From: Polyangiales bacterium
GTDB lineage: Bacteria > Myxococcota_A > Polyangia > Polyangiales > Ga0077539
DNA length: 64,000 nucleotides
Assembly: GCA_044229975.1 (NCBI GenBank)
Contig: JBGARZ010000008.1
Coordinates: 320,001 to 384,000, forward strand
Reading direction: 5' to 3'
Below the pieces are notes generated by a model. It saw only the letters and a list, made by a program, of their open reading frames with translations. It made no database searches and was not told the origin of the DNA. The position numbers and the translations under genes were made by a program. Every line of letters begins with the position of its first letter. Within the stretch, counting starts at the first letter, position 1. Shown here one piece after another: positions 30,382 to 40,614 of this stretch.

Positions 30382-33306
30382 TCACCCCCGCCCCGCGAGC
30401 TCCACCAGCGGCCGGAGCAGCGCCTCCCCCCTCGCCCGCTCGGTGTCCATGAACACCACCAGATGATCCTGCGCCCGGCTCGTCGCCACATGCAGCAGGT
30501 GCGGCCGCGCCGCCAACCATCTCAGATGCCGCCCCTCCGTCGCCGTCACCGAGAACACCACCACCCGCCGCTCTCCCCCCTGGAGCTTGTGCACCGTTCG
30601 CACCAGCACCCCGCCCTCCCCCACCAGCCCCAGCCGCGCCAGCTCGCGCTCGATGCGTACGCTCTGCCCAACGAACGGCGTCAGCGCAGCGATGTCCCGC
30701 GCCTCCACCCCATCGGCCACCAGCGTCGCGACCAGCGACACCACCCGCGCGACCTCCGCCTCGTTGACCACGCCCTCCGCCGCCCGCTCGCCGCGACCGC
30801 GCACCGCCACCACCCGCACCGCGCGCGACAGCTTCGACGACACCGCCGCCAGTGAGCGCGGCGGCGTTCGCACGTCGAGCGAGTACCCGCTCCACGCCGA
30901 GGCCAGCGCCACGATCTCCGGCTGCGAGCGGAAGTGCTCCACCAGCGACCGCGGCGACGCCGCCCGCCGCTCGGCCACCGCCTGCGCCGACGTCACCGCC
31001 GACGCGCCCATGCGGAAGGGCTCCGTCGCCACGTCATCGAGTTCGCGGGCGAGCCGCGCGTCCACCCGGTCGTCGAGCGTGTACACCGGCGGGAGCTGCG
31101 CCACGTCGCCCGTCATCATCGCCCGCCGCGCGCGCGCCAGCGCCGCCACGGTGTACACGGGCGCGCACTGCCCCGCCTCGTCGACCACCAGCCGATCGAT
31201 GACGCCATCATCGAGCGCGATGCACCCGCGCAGCGACAACAACGTGCACCCCACCACCGGGAACAACCCCGCCAGCGACCCCAACACCTCCGTCAGCCCT
31301 TTGCCGCGCGCAGGGAAGCGCTCCTCGGTCACCAGCGACAGCGCCGCCTCCAACCGCGGGAGCAGGGCGTCGCGGTGCGTTCGTGCCCACGCGTCGCGCA
31401 TCGCCAGCGCGGCCTCCACCAGCGCCGCATCGGGCGGCGGTGCGACCTCCTCGGGCACCACCTTCTGCGCGGCCTCGATGGCCCTCTCGACCCGATCGAG
31501 CTCCCGCTGGTGCGCGGGCGCTCGAAGCCCACGCTCGATGTCATCCAGCGTCGCGAGGCACTGCGCCATGTCGGCGTGCTGCGTCGCCAGCGCGTCCGCG
31601 ATGTCTTCGCCTTCGATGAGGTCGCGAAACGGCAGCACCATGCCGAGCTTCCTCAGCAACGGGGCGATCACCTTGCCGCGCTGCACGTTGGCCTTGGCCC
31701 ACTTGCGGCGCGCACGCTCCGCCGACGCATTGGCCCCCTTCAGGTGCGTCGGAACCACCAGCAGCGCCGCTTCCATGTGCGCCCGCAGCGAGCCGCGAAC
31801 ACCGTGCACCTCCGTCGGGAGCATCTCCTCGTCGCAATCCATCAAGGGCTCGCGCAGCTCGTGGCGCAGCTCATCGGCGCGCACCCGGAGCTGGGTGAGT
31901 TCGCGCTGTCGACGCTCCTCCGTGGGGCGGTGGGCCGCCGCAGCGCGGAGGTACTCGCGGACGGGGCGGGAGCGTTCGAGGAAGGCGGCGCGGGCTTCGG
32001 GGAAGTCGGGTCCGTCGTTGCGTGCGAGCGCGTCGATGGCGTCGCGCAGCCCCTGCGCGGTGGACTCGGCGAGGGCGCGGCGATTGCCGAGACGCAGCCC
32101 GACCGGCAGGGCACGCGAGGCGACGAAGGGCGCCAACGCGTGATCGACGGCGGCGTTGTTGGTGCTGGTCACCACGAGGCCCCATGGGAGCAATGGTCCT
32201 GGCGGCTTCACCCAGGTGTCGTCGAGCGCGCGCGCGACGATGGCCTGCGCGGCGATGTGGTGGAGCAGCGTGGTCTTGCCGCAGCCGGGCGGTCCGCAGA
32301 CGGCGACGAGGTCGGTGCTGCCTTCGAGCGCGGAGGCGGCCGCGACCTGCGAGGGCGTCGGCGTCGAGGCGCCGTGCGTCCAGAGCGGTGCGCTGCGCGC
32401 GGGGGCGGGCTTCGCTCCAAGGAAGACGGCGAGCGGTCCCTTCTTCGGCGGCTTTTCATCGAGGAGGGTGGTCAGCTCGGAGCGCAGCCCGCTCGTCGGA
32501 TCGCCCCGCGGCAGCAGCATGGCGAGGGCGTGCGGATGCACCTGCAATGACATCCGCGACGAGGCTCGCGTGCGCACCGCGTCGACGAGGGCGCGAAGGT
32601 CATCGCGAGTGGGCGGCGCAGCGTCGATGGCCTCATCGGGCGTCTCGTCGGCGCCGCGGGTGAGCATCTGCACGGCGGCACGAACGAGCGCCCCGACGCT
32701 CGCACTCCCCGCGAGCGCGAGGGCCGAGAGGGCGGCGCCGTCGACGTCGAGGAGCTGTCGCCAGAGGCCCGCGTGGAGAGCGACGGAGGCTTCGTCGTCT
32801 TCGAGGTCGGGTGATCGCAGGATGAGGGCCGTGGGGATGGGAACGGTGGTTCCGGGGCGGGCGCCGCGGGGGAGGACCCAGGGCTCGTCGCCCACTCGCC
32901 ACAGGGCGCGACCGCCGCTCCAGGAGAGCAGCGGGGCGGTGCGGCGCTGGCCCATCTGCGCGAAGGAGACGAGCGGAAAGCCCACCACGAGGTCGTCGTC
33001 GTCGCCGCGCGCGAGCCCGGCGGCGTGGGCCTCGAAGAAGGCCGCCGCGCGCGCGGGGACAGGGTTGAGCGCGAGCACATCGGCATCGCGCAGAACGAAG
33101 GCCGTGGCGTCGTCGGGGCCGCCGGTGAAGAGCCGCAGCGAGAGGGCCGCGCCGTCGCGCGCGGGCGATCGGAGGACGGGGTGCGGGGCGAAGACGAGGT
33201 CGTTGGTGGGGATGGGCGCGACCACGCTGGCCTCGGCGCGGGCCATCTCCTCCAGGGCGTTGAAGCCGTAGCGCAGGGCGTCCATGGGGTTGCGCGGCGG
33301 AGGCAT
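30382..33306 (-). CDS. SF1 (DNA2/NAM7/UPF1-like) helicase with large N-terminal extension
   Basis: GPPGCGKT, TSTNNAAVD, VVDEAGQ, GDVAQLPP, EHFRS, TVHKLQGGE and VATSRA motifs. Confidence 0.9.
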   Translation of the reverse strand: MPPPRNPMDALRYGFNALEEMARAEASVVAPIPTNDLVFAPHPVLRSPARDGAALSLRLFTGGPDDATAFVLRDADVLALNPVPARAAAFFEAHAAGLARGDDDDLVVGFPLVSFAQMGQRRTAPLLSWSGGRALWRVGDEPWVLPRGARPGTTVPIPTALILRSPDLEDDEASVALHAGLWRQLLDVDGAALSALALAGSASVGALVRAAVQMLTRGADETPDEAIDAAPPTRDDLRALVDAVRTRASSRMSLQVHPHALAMLLPRGDPTSGLRSELTTLLDEKPPKKGPLAVFLGAKPAPARSAPLWTHGASTPTPSQVAAASALEGSTDLVAVCGPPGCGKTTLLHHIAAQAIVARALDDTWVKPPGPLLPWGLVVTSTNNAAVDHALAPFVASRALPVGLRLGNRRALAESTAQGLRDAIDALARNDGPDFPEARAAFLERSRPVREYLRAAAAHRPTEERRQRELTQLRVRADELRHELREPLMDCDEEMLPTEVHGVRGSLRAHMEAALLVVPTHLKGANASAERARRKWAKANVQRGKVIAPLLRKLGMVLPFRDLIEGEDIADALATQHADMAQCLATLDDIERGLRAPAHQRELDRVERAIEAAQKVVPEEVAPPPDAALVEAALAMRDAWARTHRDALLPRLEAALSLVTEERFPARGKGLTEVLGSLAGLFPVVGCTLLSLRGCIALDDGVIDRLVVDEAGQCAPVYTVAALARARRAMMTGDVAQLPPVYTLDDRVDARLARELDDVATEPFRMGASAVTSAQAVAERRAASPRSLVEHFRSQPEIVALASAWSGYSLDVRTPPRSLAAVSSKLSRAVRVVAVRGRGERAAEGVVNEAEVARVVSLVATLVADGVEARDIAALTPFVGQSVRIERELARLGLVGEGGVLVRTVHKLQGGERRVVVFSVTATEGRHLRWLAARPHLLHVATSRAQDHLVVFMDTERARGEALLRPLVELAGRG

Positions 33307-33370
33307 CGGGGGGGGCGGGTGGTCTATCAGACCTGGACCGCGGCGGTTGTAGACTCGGCCCCGAAACACC

Positions 33371-34348
33371 ATGGACCTCCCCCGCATGCTCGACCGCTGC
33401 CGCCGCGAACAGTGGCGCGAGGAAGACCTCGACTGGTCGCGACCGCCGCGCGAGCTCGGCCCCGACGACGAGCGCCTCGTGGTGCAGCTCTTCACCAACA
33501 TGGCCGGCATCGAGCGCCTCGCCGGCGCCCTCTTCGCCGAGCAGTCCCGCCGCGCGCGCGACCCCGTGCTGCGCGCCATCTTCGACAGCTTCGTCGTCGA
33601 CGAGGAGCGCCACGCCCGCGTCGCCGAGCGCCTCGCCCGCCACTTCGACGTACGCCATCTGCGCGAGTACCGCGTCGACGAGCACCTCGCCCGCTTCCGG
33701 ACGTACTTCGCCCGCGCCGTCGTCGACCTCGATGACGACGTCGCCAACGCGTACATCACGGGCGGCGAGCTGCTGCTCGACATCGCGCTCCTGCGCTCGA
33801 TGGACGACTACGTCCGCGACGAGACCTGCGCGGCGGCGATGAAGCTCATCAACCGCGACGAGTCGCGCCACATCGCGATCGACTACCGCATGGTCGAGCA
33901 CTACGCGTCGGACGCCTACGAGGCCGAGCTGAAGCAGCGGCCGAAGCGGGCGCTGCGCGATCGGGCGCGGGGCGCGGCGTCGCTGGCGATGATGCTGGTG
34001 CACGCGCGGCCGTTCTTCCAGGCGATGTTCTTCGAGCCGATGGACGTGGTCGACCCGGGCGGGCGGCGGATGCGCGAGGTGTTTCGTCACATGCAGCGCA
34101 TCGGGGCGCGGCCGGAGTCGACGCGGCGGCCGTTCGGGCGCTTCCTCCAGGTGATGTACGACGCCTTCAACCACCCGAAGGCAGGCCCGCTCGTGGGCCA
34201 GGTGGCGTCGCGGCTGGTAGGGCTCGACCCGCGCTACATGGCTCGCATGAACTCCGACGACGAGCTCGCGCAGGCGGCGACGCGGTCGTTCGAGGAGCTC
34301 GCGCAGGACGCGCTGCGGGCGAAGGACTCCGACGGACCGCGGCTCTGA
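33371..34348 (+). CDS. Ferritin-like di-iron protein
   Basis: DEERH and DESRH (ExxH) motifs. Confidence 0.8.
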   Translation: MDLPRMLDRCRREQWREEDLDWSRPPRELGPDDERLVVQLFTNMAGIERLAGALFAEQSRRARDPVLRAIFDSFVVDEERHARVAERLARHFDVRHLREYRVDEHLARFRTYFARAVVDLDDDVANAYITGGELLLDIALLRSMDDYVRDETCAAAMKLINRDESRHIAIDYRMVEHYASDAYEAELKQRPKRALRDRARGAASLAMMLVHARPFFQAMFFEPMDVVDPGGRRMREVFRHMQRIGARPESTRRPFGRFLQVMYDAFNHPKAGPLVGQVASRLVGLDPRYMARMNSDDELAQAATRSFEELAQDALRAKDSDGPRL

Positions 34349-34710
34349 CGGGGCCGTGCGTTGACCCCGTCGCGCCTCCAGCGCTGGTGGACCACCCTCC
34401 AGAGTTCTTCAGAGATCACCAGCGCCGTCGCGAGGGTGATGCCCCTTGAATAGAAGAACGCCAGCGGCCGCATGCGGTTGTTCCCGCGCACGAAGCACCA
34501 CACGAAGTAGAGGTAGAGTGGACGCCCTCCGTGATGGGCAGCTCGGCGTGCATGATCTTGTCCTTCGCGGCGTCGGGGACGGACGGCATCACAGGGCACC
34601 TCGCCGAAGGTCATGCGCGCGATGGTCTTGGTCCCGAACACGGTCTCGTAGAAGCCGATGGCTTCGCTCGTGGTGCCAGCGAGGTTCACGTAGAGATGGA
34701 CGAGTCGCAT
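34349..34710 (-). pseudogene. Frameshifted, truncated VOC/PhnB-family gene joined to a membrane-protein fragment
   Basis: YVNLAGTTSEAIGFYETVFG, then KDKIMHAELPI in another frame. Confidence 0.7.
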
Positions 34711-34925
34711 CGGGTTCCTCGGCCCGGCGGACGACCGTTCGCGACGGGCGGGCGATGACGAGGGTGAACTCCACCGCGGGGAGCGTACTCGCTTCGAGCG
34801 GAAGCCCGCTCAACGTGACCCGTCCGTGAAACCCCCGCCGATTCATTGACGGCGCCGCGCCCTGGCCACACTCGGTCAGGCGCGCGGTCGCGTTCGGGCG
34901 CCGCTCAACGAAGGGAGAGTTCGCG

Positions 34926-35279
34926 ATGAGCTACGTCGACGGGTTTGTGTTGGCGGTTCCGAAGGACAAGGTCGAGGCCTATCGGAAGATGGCCGAGCTC
35001 GGGTGCAAGGTGTGGAAGGAGCACGGCGCGCTCTCGTACGTCGAGACCATGGCGGACGACGTGCCCTACGGGGAGCTGACGTCGTTTCCGCGCGCGGTGA
35101 TGGCCAAGGACGACGAGGTCGTCTTCTTCTCGTGGATCACATACCCCTCGCGCGAGGCGCGCGACGAGATCAACCAGAAGGTCATGGCAGACCCGCGGCT
35201 GAAGAGTGACCCCGCCGACATGCCCTTCGACGGCAAGCGCATGATCTTCGGCGGGTTCAAGACCTTCGTGGAGGGGTAA
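34926..35279 (+). CDS. ybaA: DUF1428 family protein
   Basis: MSYVDGFVLAVP...MPFDGKRMIFGGF. Confidence 0.9.
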   Translation: MSYVDGFVLAVPKDKVEAYRKMAELGCKVWKEHGALSYVETMADDVPYGELTSFPRAVMAKDDEVVFFSWITYPSREARDEINQKVMADPRLKSDPADMPFDGKRMIFGGFKTFVEG

Positions 35280-35291
35280 GAGCCGCCCGCT

Positions 35292-36326
35292 CTAGAACCG
35301 CCCGCGCACCCCGATCGTCGCGCCGTCGGCGCCCACCGCGAGCGTCGGCGCAAACACCTCATCGCTGCTCCCCCCGCTCACCAGCGTCGTCACCAGACCC
35401 GCCGCGGCCAGCACCCCACCCGAGATCCACAGCGCGTTGGTCACGGTCACCAGGGTGTTGCCGTCCTGCACCAGCGACCTCTGTGTGGACGTCGCGCCCG
35501 GCTGACACGTCCCGCTCGGACACACGCGGATCAGCTCGTCCTCGGTGTTGCTCGCCATCACCGCCGTCACCGCCCCGACGATGCCGACCGCCACGCCGAC
35601 GCCCATCGTCGCCACGCCCACCGCGCGCCCCGTGGTCCACCAGCCCCCGGTCGACCCGCTGCGGTTCGCGTCCGACTGCACCAGCGTCACCACGGGCTGC
35701 GCCTCCGACGTCGTCACCGGCGACTCCGCCCCACCGAAGCGCACCACGAAGCGCGCCTGACGCCCCGCGCTCACCTGGCTCGACCCGCGATACGGAACCG
35801 CCCCCGGCGCCAGCGCCTCCACCGACGCCGTCGTCCCGTCGACCGCGAGCAGCGTGCCGAACTCGTCGTTGGACAGCACCCGCCCGTTGAGCGTCACCGT
35901 CGTCCCCATCGGCGCGTTGGGAACCTCCACCACCACGTACGCAATGCGATCGGTGAGGGCCATCGCCTCCGCCGTCGCGGACTCTGCCGTCGGAGTGAAC
36001 CGGGGCTCCGCCGCCCGCCGCGCGTTGGCCTCCGTCGCCGCGCGCGACAGCTCGCCCCACGCCTCGCCGTAGCGCCCGAGCGCACGGAGACAGCGCCCCA
36101 TGTACAGCCGCGTGTTGGGCGACGGCAGCGACGCCATGGACTGCCGAAACGCCGCCAGCGCCTGCTCCCACTGCTGCGCGTCGTAGAGCGCGCGACCCTG
36201 CTGGAAGAGCGCGCGACCGTCGACGCCCAACACCTGCTGCGCGCTCGCGTCGACGGAGACCAGCGATGCCGACAAGGCCACCGCCGCGCCGAGGCACACG
36301 GCGCCCACTCGTGAGAGACGGATCAT
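35292..36326 (-). CDS. Secreted TPR + PEGA-like protein with C-terminal hydrophobic segments
   Basis: Signal peptide; LFQQGRALY...PSPNTRLYMGRC; stop/start overlap with the kinase. Confidence 0.75.
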   Translation of the reverse strand: MIRLSRVGAVCLGAAVALSASLVSVDASAQQVLGVDGRALFQQGRALYDAQQWEQALAAFRQSMASLPSPNTRLYMGRCLRALGRYGEAWGELSRAATEANARRAAEPRFTPTAESATAEAMALTDRIAYVVVEVPNAPMGTTVTLNGRVLSNDEFGTLLAVDGTTASVEALAPGAVPYRGSSQVSAGRQARFVVRFGGAESPVTTSEAQPVVTLVQSDANRSGSTGGWWTTGRAVGVATMGVGVAVGIVGAVTAVMASNTEDELIRVCPSGTCQPGATSTQRSLVQDGNTLVTVTNALWISGGVLAAAGLVTTLVSGGSSDEVFAPTLAVGADGATIGVRGRF

Positions 36327-37792
36327 GGTTCTTCCGGGTTGTAGTTCTGGGACGGGGGACGAGGCGGAGGGGAGGCGACCGGCTGCGGAAACACCAGCGC
36401 CGACGGCGCGTGCGACGGCGCGTGCGACGACGAACGAACCACCGGCAGCGGTCGCGCCGCAGGCGCAGCCGCGGGACGAACGACCGCCACAGGCGCGAGC
36501 ACCGGAGCGGGCGCAGGTGCGGGTGCAGGTGCAGGTGCAGGCGCGGGTGCGGGTGCAGGCGCAGCAGGACGCGCAACGACGACGGGCGTCGGCGGAACCG
36601 CCATCACCACGGGCGCATCGCGTCGTGGCTCGGTTGCCTCGCGAGTCCGGCTGCGACCCAGCCAGGTGGCCACGCCAACGCCCACGAGGAGGGCCACGGC
36701 GATGGAGGCCACCAGCGCCATGCGATGGTTGGGCGGCACGATGGACATCGCGCTCTCGCGCCCGTACGTCGGCCCCGAGACCGACACCGCGTCGAAGGTC
36801 GAGCGCCCCTCCGGCTCGGGCAGCGACGGGCGCCCCAGGCCCGCCGTGGTGACAACCGGAAACGCCCGCTCCGTCGGCGCAATCCCCGCCGGCATCTCAC
36901 GCGTCGCGGGCAGCGACGAGCGCCCGAGCGCCACGCCCGCCAGCGCCGCGCCGAGCCCCTCGGCCAGCGCGTGTCCGGTCGGGAAGCGCGCATCCCGGTC
37001 GCGGGCCAGCGCGCGCACGGCCCACGCGTCGACCTGCGCACCGAGCGCGGGCGCGTGCCGCGATGGCGGCGCCGGGGTCGTCATCGTCACCGCATAGAAC
37101 AGCGCCGGCAGCGTGGTGGCCTCGAAGGGCAGCCGCCCCGTGAGCAGCTCGTAGAGCATCACCGCGATGGACCAGAGGTCGGCCCTGCCGTCGATGCCTG
37201 CGCCGCCGCTGATCTGCTCGGGCGCCATGTACGAGGGCGTCCCGAGGAGCATCGGTCCGTTGTCGCCGTCGTGCTGGGTGAGCTTCATCCCGTCGGCCCA
37301 GCGCGCGACGCCGAAGTCGATGACCTTCACCACGGGCGTGTTGTCTTCGGTCACGAGGAAGCAGTTGGACGGCTTCAGGTCGCGGTGCACCACGCCCGCC
37401 GCGTGGGCCGCGTCGCAGGCCGCGCCGACGTGCCGCGCCACCGTCAGCGCGAAGTACGGGTCGAGGCGCCCCTCGCGCTGGAGCCGGTCTTCGAGCGACT
37501 CGCCCTTGAGCAGCTCCATCACGAGGAAGGGGCGCCCGTCGTCGGTGGTGCCGAAGTCCTCGACGCGGGCGACGTGGCGGTGCCGGAGCTGCGCCGCGAT
37601 GCGCGCCTCGCGCACGAAGCGGGCGACGAGCGACGAGTCCCGCGACGCCGCGATCTTCATCAGCTTCACCGCGACCTCGTGGCCGAGCACCCGGTGACGG
37701 CCGCGCCAGACCTCGCCCATGGCGCCGGTGCCGACGGGCTCCACGATCTCCCAGCGGTCGTTGATGGGCTGTGCTGTCGATGGGTCGTTCAC
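36323..37792 (-). CDS. Membrane Ser/Thr protein kinase
   Basis: GTGAMGEVW, HRDLKPSN, DFG and APE motifs; TM segment; (PA)n tail. Confidence 0.9.
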   Translation of the reverse strand: MNDPSTAQPINDRWEIVEPVGTGAMGEVWRGRHRVLGHEVAVKLMKIAASRDSSLVARFVREARIAAQLRHRHVARVEDFGTTDDGRPFLVMELLKGESLEDRLQREGRLDPYFALTVARHVGAACDAAHAAGVVHRDLKPSNCFLVTEDNTPVVKVIDFGVARWADGMKLTQHDGDNGPMLLGTPSYMAPEQISGGAGIDGRADLWSIAVMLYELLTGRLPFEATTLPALFYAVTMTTPAPPSRHAPALGAQVDAWAVRALARDRDARFPTGHALAEGLGAALAGVALGRSSLPATREMPAGIAPTERAFPVVTTAGLGRPSLPEPEGRSTFDAVSVSGPTYGRESAMSIVPPNHRMALVASIAVALLVGVGVATWLGRSRTREATEPRRDAPVVMAVPPTPVVVARPAAPAPAPAPAPAPAPAPAPAPVLAPVAVVRPAAAPAARPLPVVRSSSHAPSHAPSALVFPQPVASPPPRPPSQNYNPEEP

Positions 37793-37894
37793 CGTGGCGG
37801 CCGCACTCTTCGCGGAGCGCACGACCGCTGTCAAACACCCACACAGTCGGCCTCCGTGGCGCGGCCCCCGCGGCCCATTCACGGCGCCGTCTCT

Positions 37895-37924
37895 TTAATC
37901 GATATCCTCGAAGATATCGGTTGA
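37895..37924. promoter_or_regulatory. AT-rich 12-6-12 imperfect palindrome, putative operator
   Basis: TTAATCGATATC-CTCGAA-GATATCGGTTGA between divergent genes. Confidence 0.4.
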
Positions 37925-38054
37925 GGTCCATGTCGCCTGGACGGCGCCGCGGGCACCACAGAGCCCAGCGCGCGGCACCCTATCCGACACCTGCGGGCGT
38001 GTAGAAACGTCTTGTTTCCAAGCTTTTGCTCAACCCAAGCGCGAGTTGTCCGTT

Positions 38055-39044
38055 ATGGATGAAGCAATGGTGATGAGGCTTATCGGAGCGGCGTCGGTGG
38101 TGCTGGTGGGTGCGACGGCGTTGGGCGCCTGCGGGGTCACGACGGTGGGCCCGGAGGACAACACGACGACGCAGGAGACCCCCGTGACGGCGGCCGACGC
38201 AGGCGTCCGGGCGGGCGACGCGCAGGCCATCGTGGTGTCGACCGGTGAGTCCATGGTGTGCACGGCGTGGAGGTCGGTGCGCGACCGCAACACCCAGGTG
38301 GCGACGTGGTCGGCGGGCGCGACGCAGTGCGCGGCGGGCTCGCTCCCCGATGCGCCGCGGCAGGCGTCCATCGCGTGGGTCAACCTCTACCGGGCCATGT
38401 CGGGTCTCGCGCCCGTGACCGAAGCGGCGGCCGATCGCGCGGGCGCGCAGGGCTGCGCCGTGATGCTGGAGCGCAACGGGCAGCTCTCGCATACGCCAGC
38501 CTCCACCTGGGCATGTGCGACGGACGCAGCGCGCGCGACGGCCGCTCGCAGCAACCTCTCGGGCAACCCGGGCTTCCCGATGAGCCCGTGGAACGCCGTT
38601 CGCGGTTGGATCGACGAGAGCCGCGACCTGTCGGGCACGCTGGGCCACCGTCGATGGCTGTTGAGCCCTGAGCTGCACACGGTGAGCTACGGCCAGACGG
38701 GCAGCTTCGCGTGCATGTCGCTGGGTCTCGGTGCGCGCGCCGCCAACGCCCCGCAGTGGGTCTCGTGGCCGCCGGCGGGGTGGGTTCCGACCGCGCTCAT
38801 GGGGACCATCTGGTCATTTTCGAAGCCGGGCGTGAACGCGGCAGGGACGACGGTGCAGGTGACCCGCGACGGCGCGGCGGTGCCGATGGCGGCGAGCGCA
38901 CAGCGGGCGGGCATCGGCGACGACACCGTGAGCTGGACGATGCCCGACGCGGTGCCCGGAAGCGTGTACCGGGTGCGGGTCACGGTTCCGGGCGCGCGGG
39001 CGGTCGAGTACGAGGTGCGACCGACGGGCTGCGGCGGTCGCTGA
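38055..39044 (+). CDS. CAP/SCP-domain lipoprotein
   Basis: Lipobox LGAC; VNLYRAMSGL, LSH and GHRRWLL motifs. Confidence 0.85.
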   Translation: MDEAMVMRLIGAASVVLVGATALGACGVTTVGPEDNTTTQETPVTAADAGVRAGDAQAIVVSTGESMVCTAWRSVRDRNTQVATWSAGATQCAAGSLPDAPRQASIAWVNLYRAMSGLAPVTEAAADRAGAQGCAVMLERNGQLSHTPASTWACATDAARATAARSNLSGNPGFPMSPWNAVRGWIDESRDLSGTLGHRRWLLSPELHTVSYGQTGSFACMSLGLGARAANAPQWVSWPPAGWVPTALMGTIWSFSKPGVNAAGTTVQVTRDGAAVPMAASAQRAGIGDDTVSWTMPDAVPGSVYRVRVTVPGARAVEYEVRPTGCGGR

Positions 39045-39051
39045 CGCAGCG

Positions 39052-39735
39052 TCAGACCACGCTGTTGCGGGTCGCAGCGTCCCAGCCGCGGCGGATGTGC
39101 GGGCGGGCGGCGTCCCAGGTCGACGCGCCGCGCATCTGTCCCCACTCGCGCTGGAGGCGATCCTCGGCCTCGTCCCAGCCGGGCGCGTCGGCGTACTGCG
39201 TGCGCGCGCCGTAGCCGTACTGCACCGCCGGCTCGACGCCGCCCCAGTCGCGCACCACGGCGGCCTTCTCGCTGACCTTCGCGCGCGCCTCGGCGATCTT
39301 CTCGCCGGCCTTCCGCTGCACCTCCGCGATCTTCTCCTGCGCGGCCTGCTGCTCGCTGGCGATCATGGCCTGCGCGCGCACCTGCTCGACGGCCACCTCG
39401 GTCTGCGCGGCGACCACCCTGCCCTGCGCGTCACCGCGCGCCTTGAGCTCCTTCTCGGCGCGCTTCGCCGCCTCCTTCGGGTCGTCGGGGCGCGTCTGCA
39501 CCGTGGGCGGCGGAATGGGCGCCGCCCCGGCGGCCTGCTTCAACGTGTCGCCCACCTCCTGGTTGAGGTCGGCGGCGTCGGTCGCAGAGAAGTCGGACTT
39601 CGTCTGCTCCCAGTCGCGACGCAGCGCCTCCTTCACGCGATCCCAGGTGGAGGTGTGCTTGTCGGTCCACCACTGGGGCTTCGTGTATGCGGTCGTGTTG
39701 GGGTTGGCGTTGGTACCCGTCGTCTGCTTGTCCAT
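39052..39735 (-). CDS. Hypothetical protein with central coiled coil
   Basis: GGAGG RBS; WDRVKEALRRDWEQTK; W-rich C-terminus. Confidence 0.75.
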   Translation of the reverse strand: MDKQTTGTNANPNTTAYTKPQWWTDKHTSTWDRVKEALRRDWEQTKSDFSATDAADLNQEVGDTLKQAAGAAPIPPPTVQTRPDDPKEAAKRAEKELKARGDAQGRVVAAQTEVAVEQVRAQAMIASEQQAAQEKIAEVQRKAGEKIAEARAKVSEKAAVVRDWGGVEPAVQYGYGARTQYADAPGWDEAEDRLQREWGQMRGASTWDAARPHIRRGWDAATRNSVV

Positions 39736-40044
39736 CGAAGAACCTCCTGCGAAATGGCCTGTTCAGCGGCCCCGATCGGCGTCGGCGGCCTTGTGAGCGC
39801 GGACCTCGCTTGAGCAATGGGCAGACCACTCGCGAAGTGCCGCGATGGAGCGTGCGAGCGAGGCAACGACGCGAGGAGCGCCATGAGGCATTCGCCCTCA
39901 GTTGGGGCGGCCTCGTCGTGGCGCTCGATCGCGAGCGCGGGCTTCGCGTGGCGTGTGACCCCTCGGACGCCGACCTCGCGAATGGAGCTCGACGGAGGGT
40001 GTTCGTGGGCGACTGCGACGACCTCGAACCGTCCTTCGTCGACT

Positions 40045-40365
40045 GCGGTAGGGGCCATCTCTCTGAAGGTCGCCGCGTCCGCTGGCAGACCGGGGTTGGT
40101 CGCGTCCCGCGCCTGCACCGCCGGGCAAGCGAAAGCCCACGCGATGTGCATCACGCCCATCGGGCGCCCGTGCCGCAGGTTGAAACCCTTTCGTTTCTAC
40201 ACATCGGTGACGCCCGCTTCGGAGCGCCCACTGCGCGGTTGCGGACGGCCCGCGAGCGGGCCTGCAACCGCTGAAGTGGGAGCCTGGAGCTGGGCGTCCC
40301 GCCGTCGCGGGACTTCCTGCGTGAGCGTCGGTCGCTGGAGCGACCGTCGAGAGGGTGAAGGAGTT
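40045..40365 (+). ncRNA. Candidate structured non-coding element, copy A (uninterrupted)
   Basis: Many hairpins; inverted diverged copy with compensatory changes. Confidence 0.5.
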
Positions 40366-40614
40366 CCTCTCCAAGCCGTTCAGCAAGTTCCTACCTCCAC
40401 TCGTCGAGCGCAGCGCGCTCGGCGCTCCGCCAGCAAGTCCCGCGGCGGCGGGACGCTTAGCTCCAGGCTCCCACTTCAGCGGTTGCAGGCCCGCTCGCGG
40501 GCCGTCCGCAACCGCGTAGTGGGCGCTCCGAAGCGGGCGTCACCGATGTGTAGAAACGATAGGGTTTCAACCTGCGGCACGGGCACCCGACGGGTCTGAT
40601 GCACATCGCGTGGG

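Noticed and set aside
36495..36570. Short tandem repeat
   Set aside because: Simply encodes the (Pro-Ala)n linker of the kinase.
40045..40614. Inverted repeat as an amplification/assembly fold-back artefact
   Set aside because: The copies are diverged with covarying changes, and one carries insertions.
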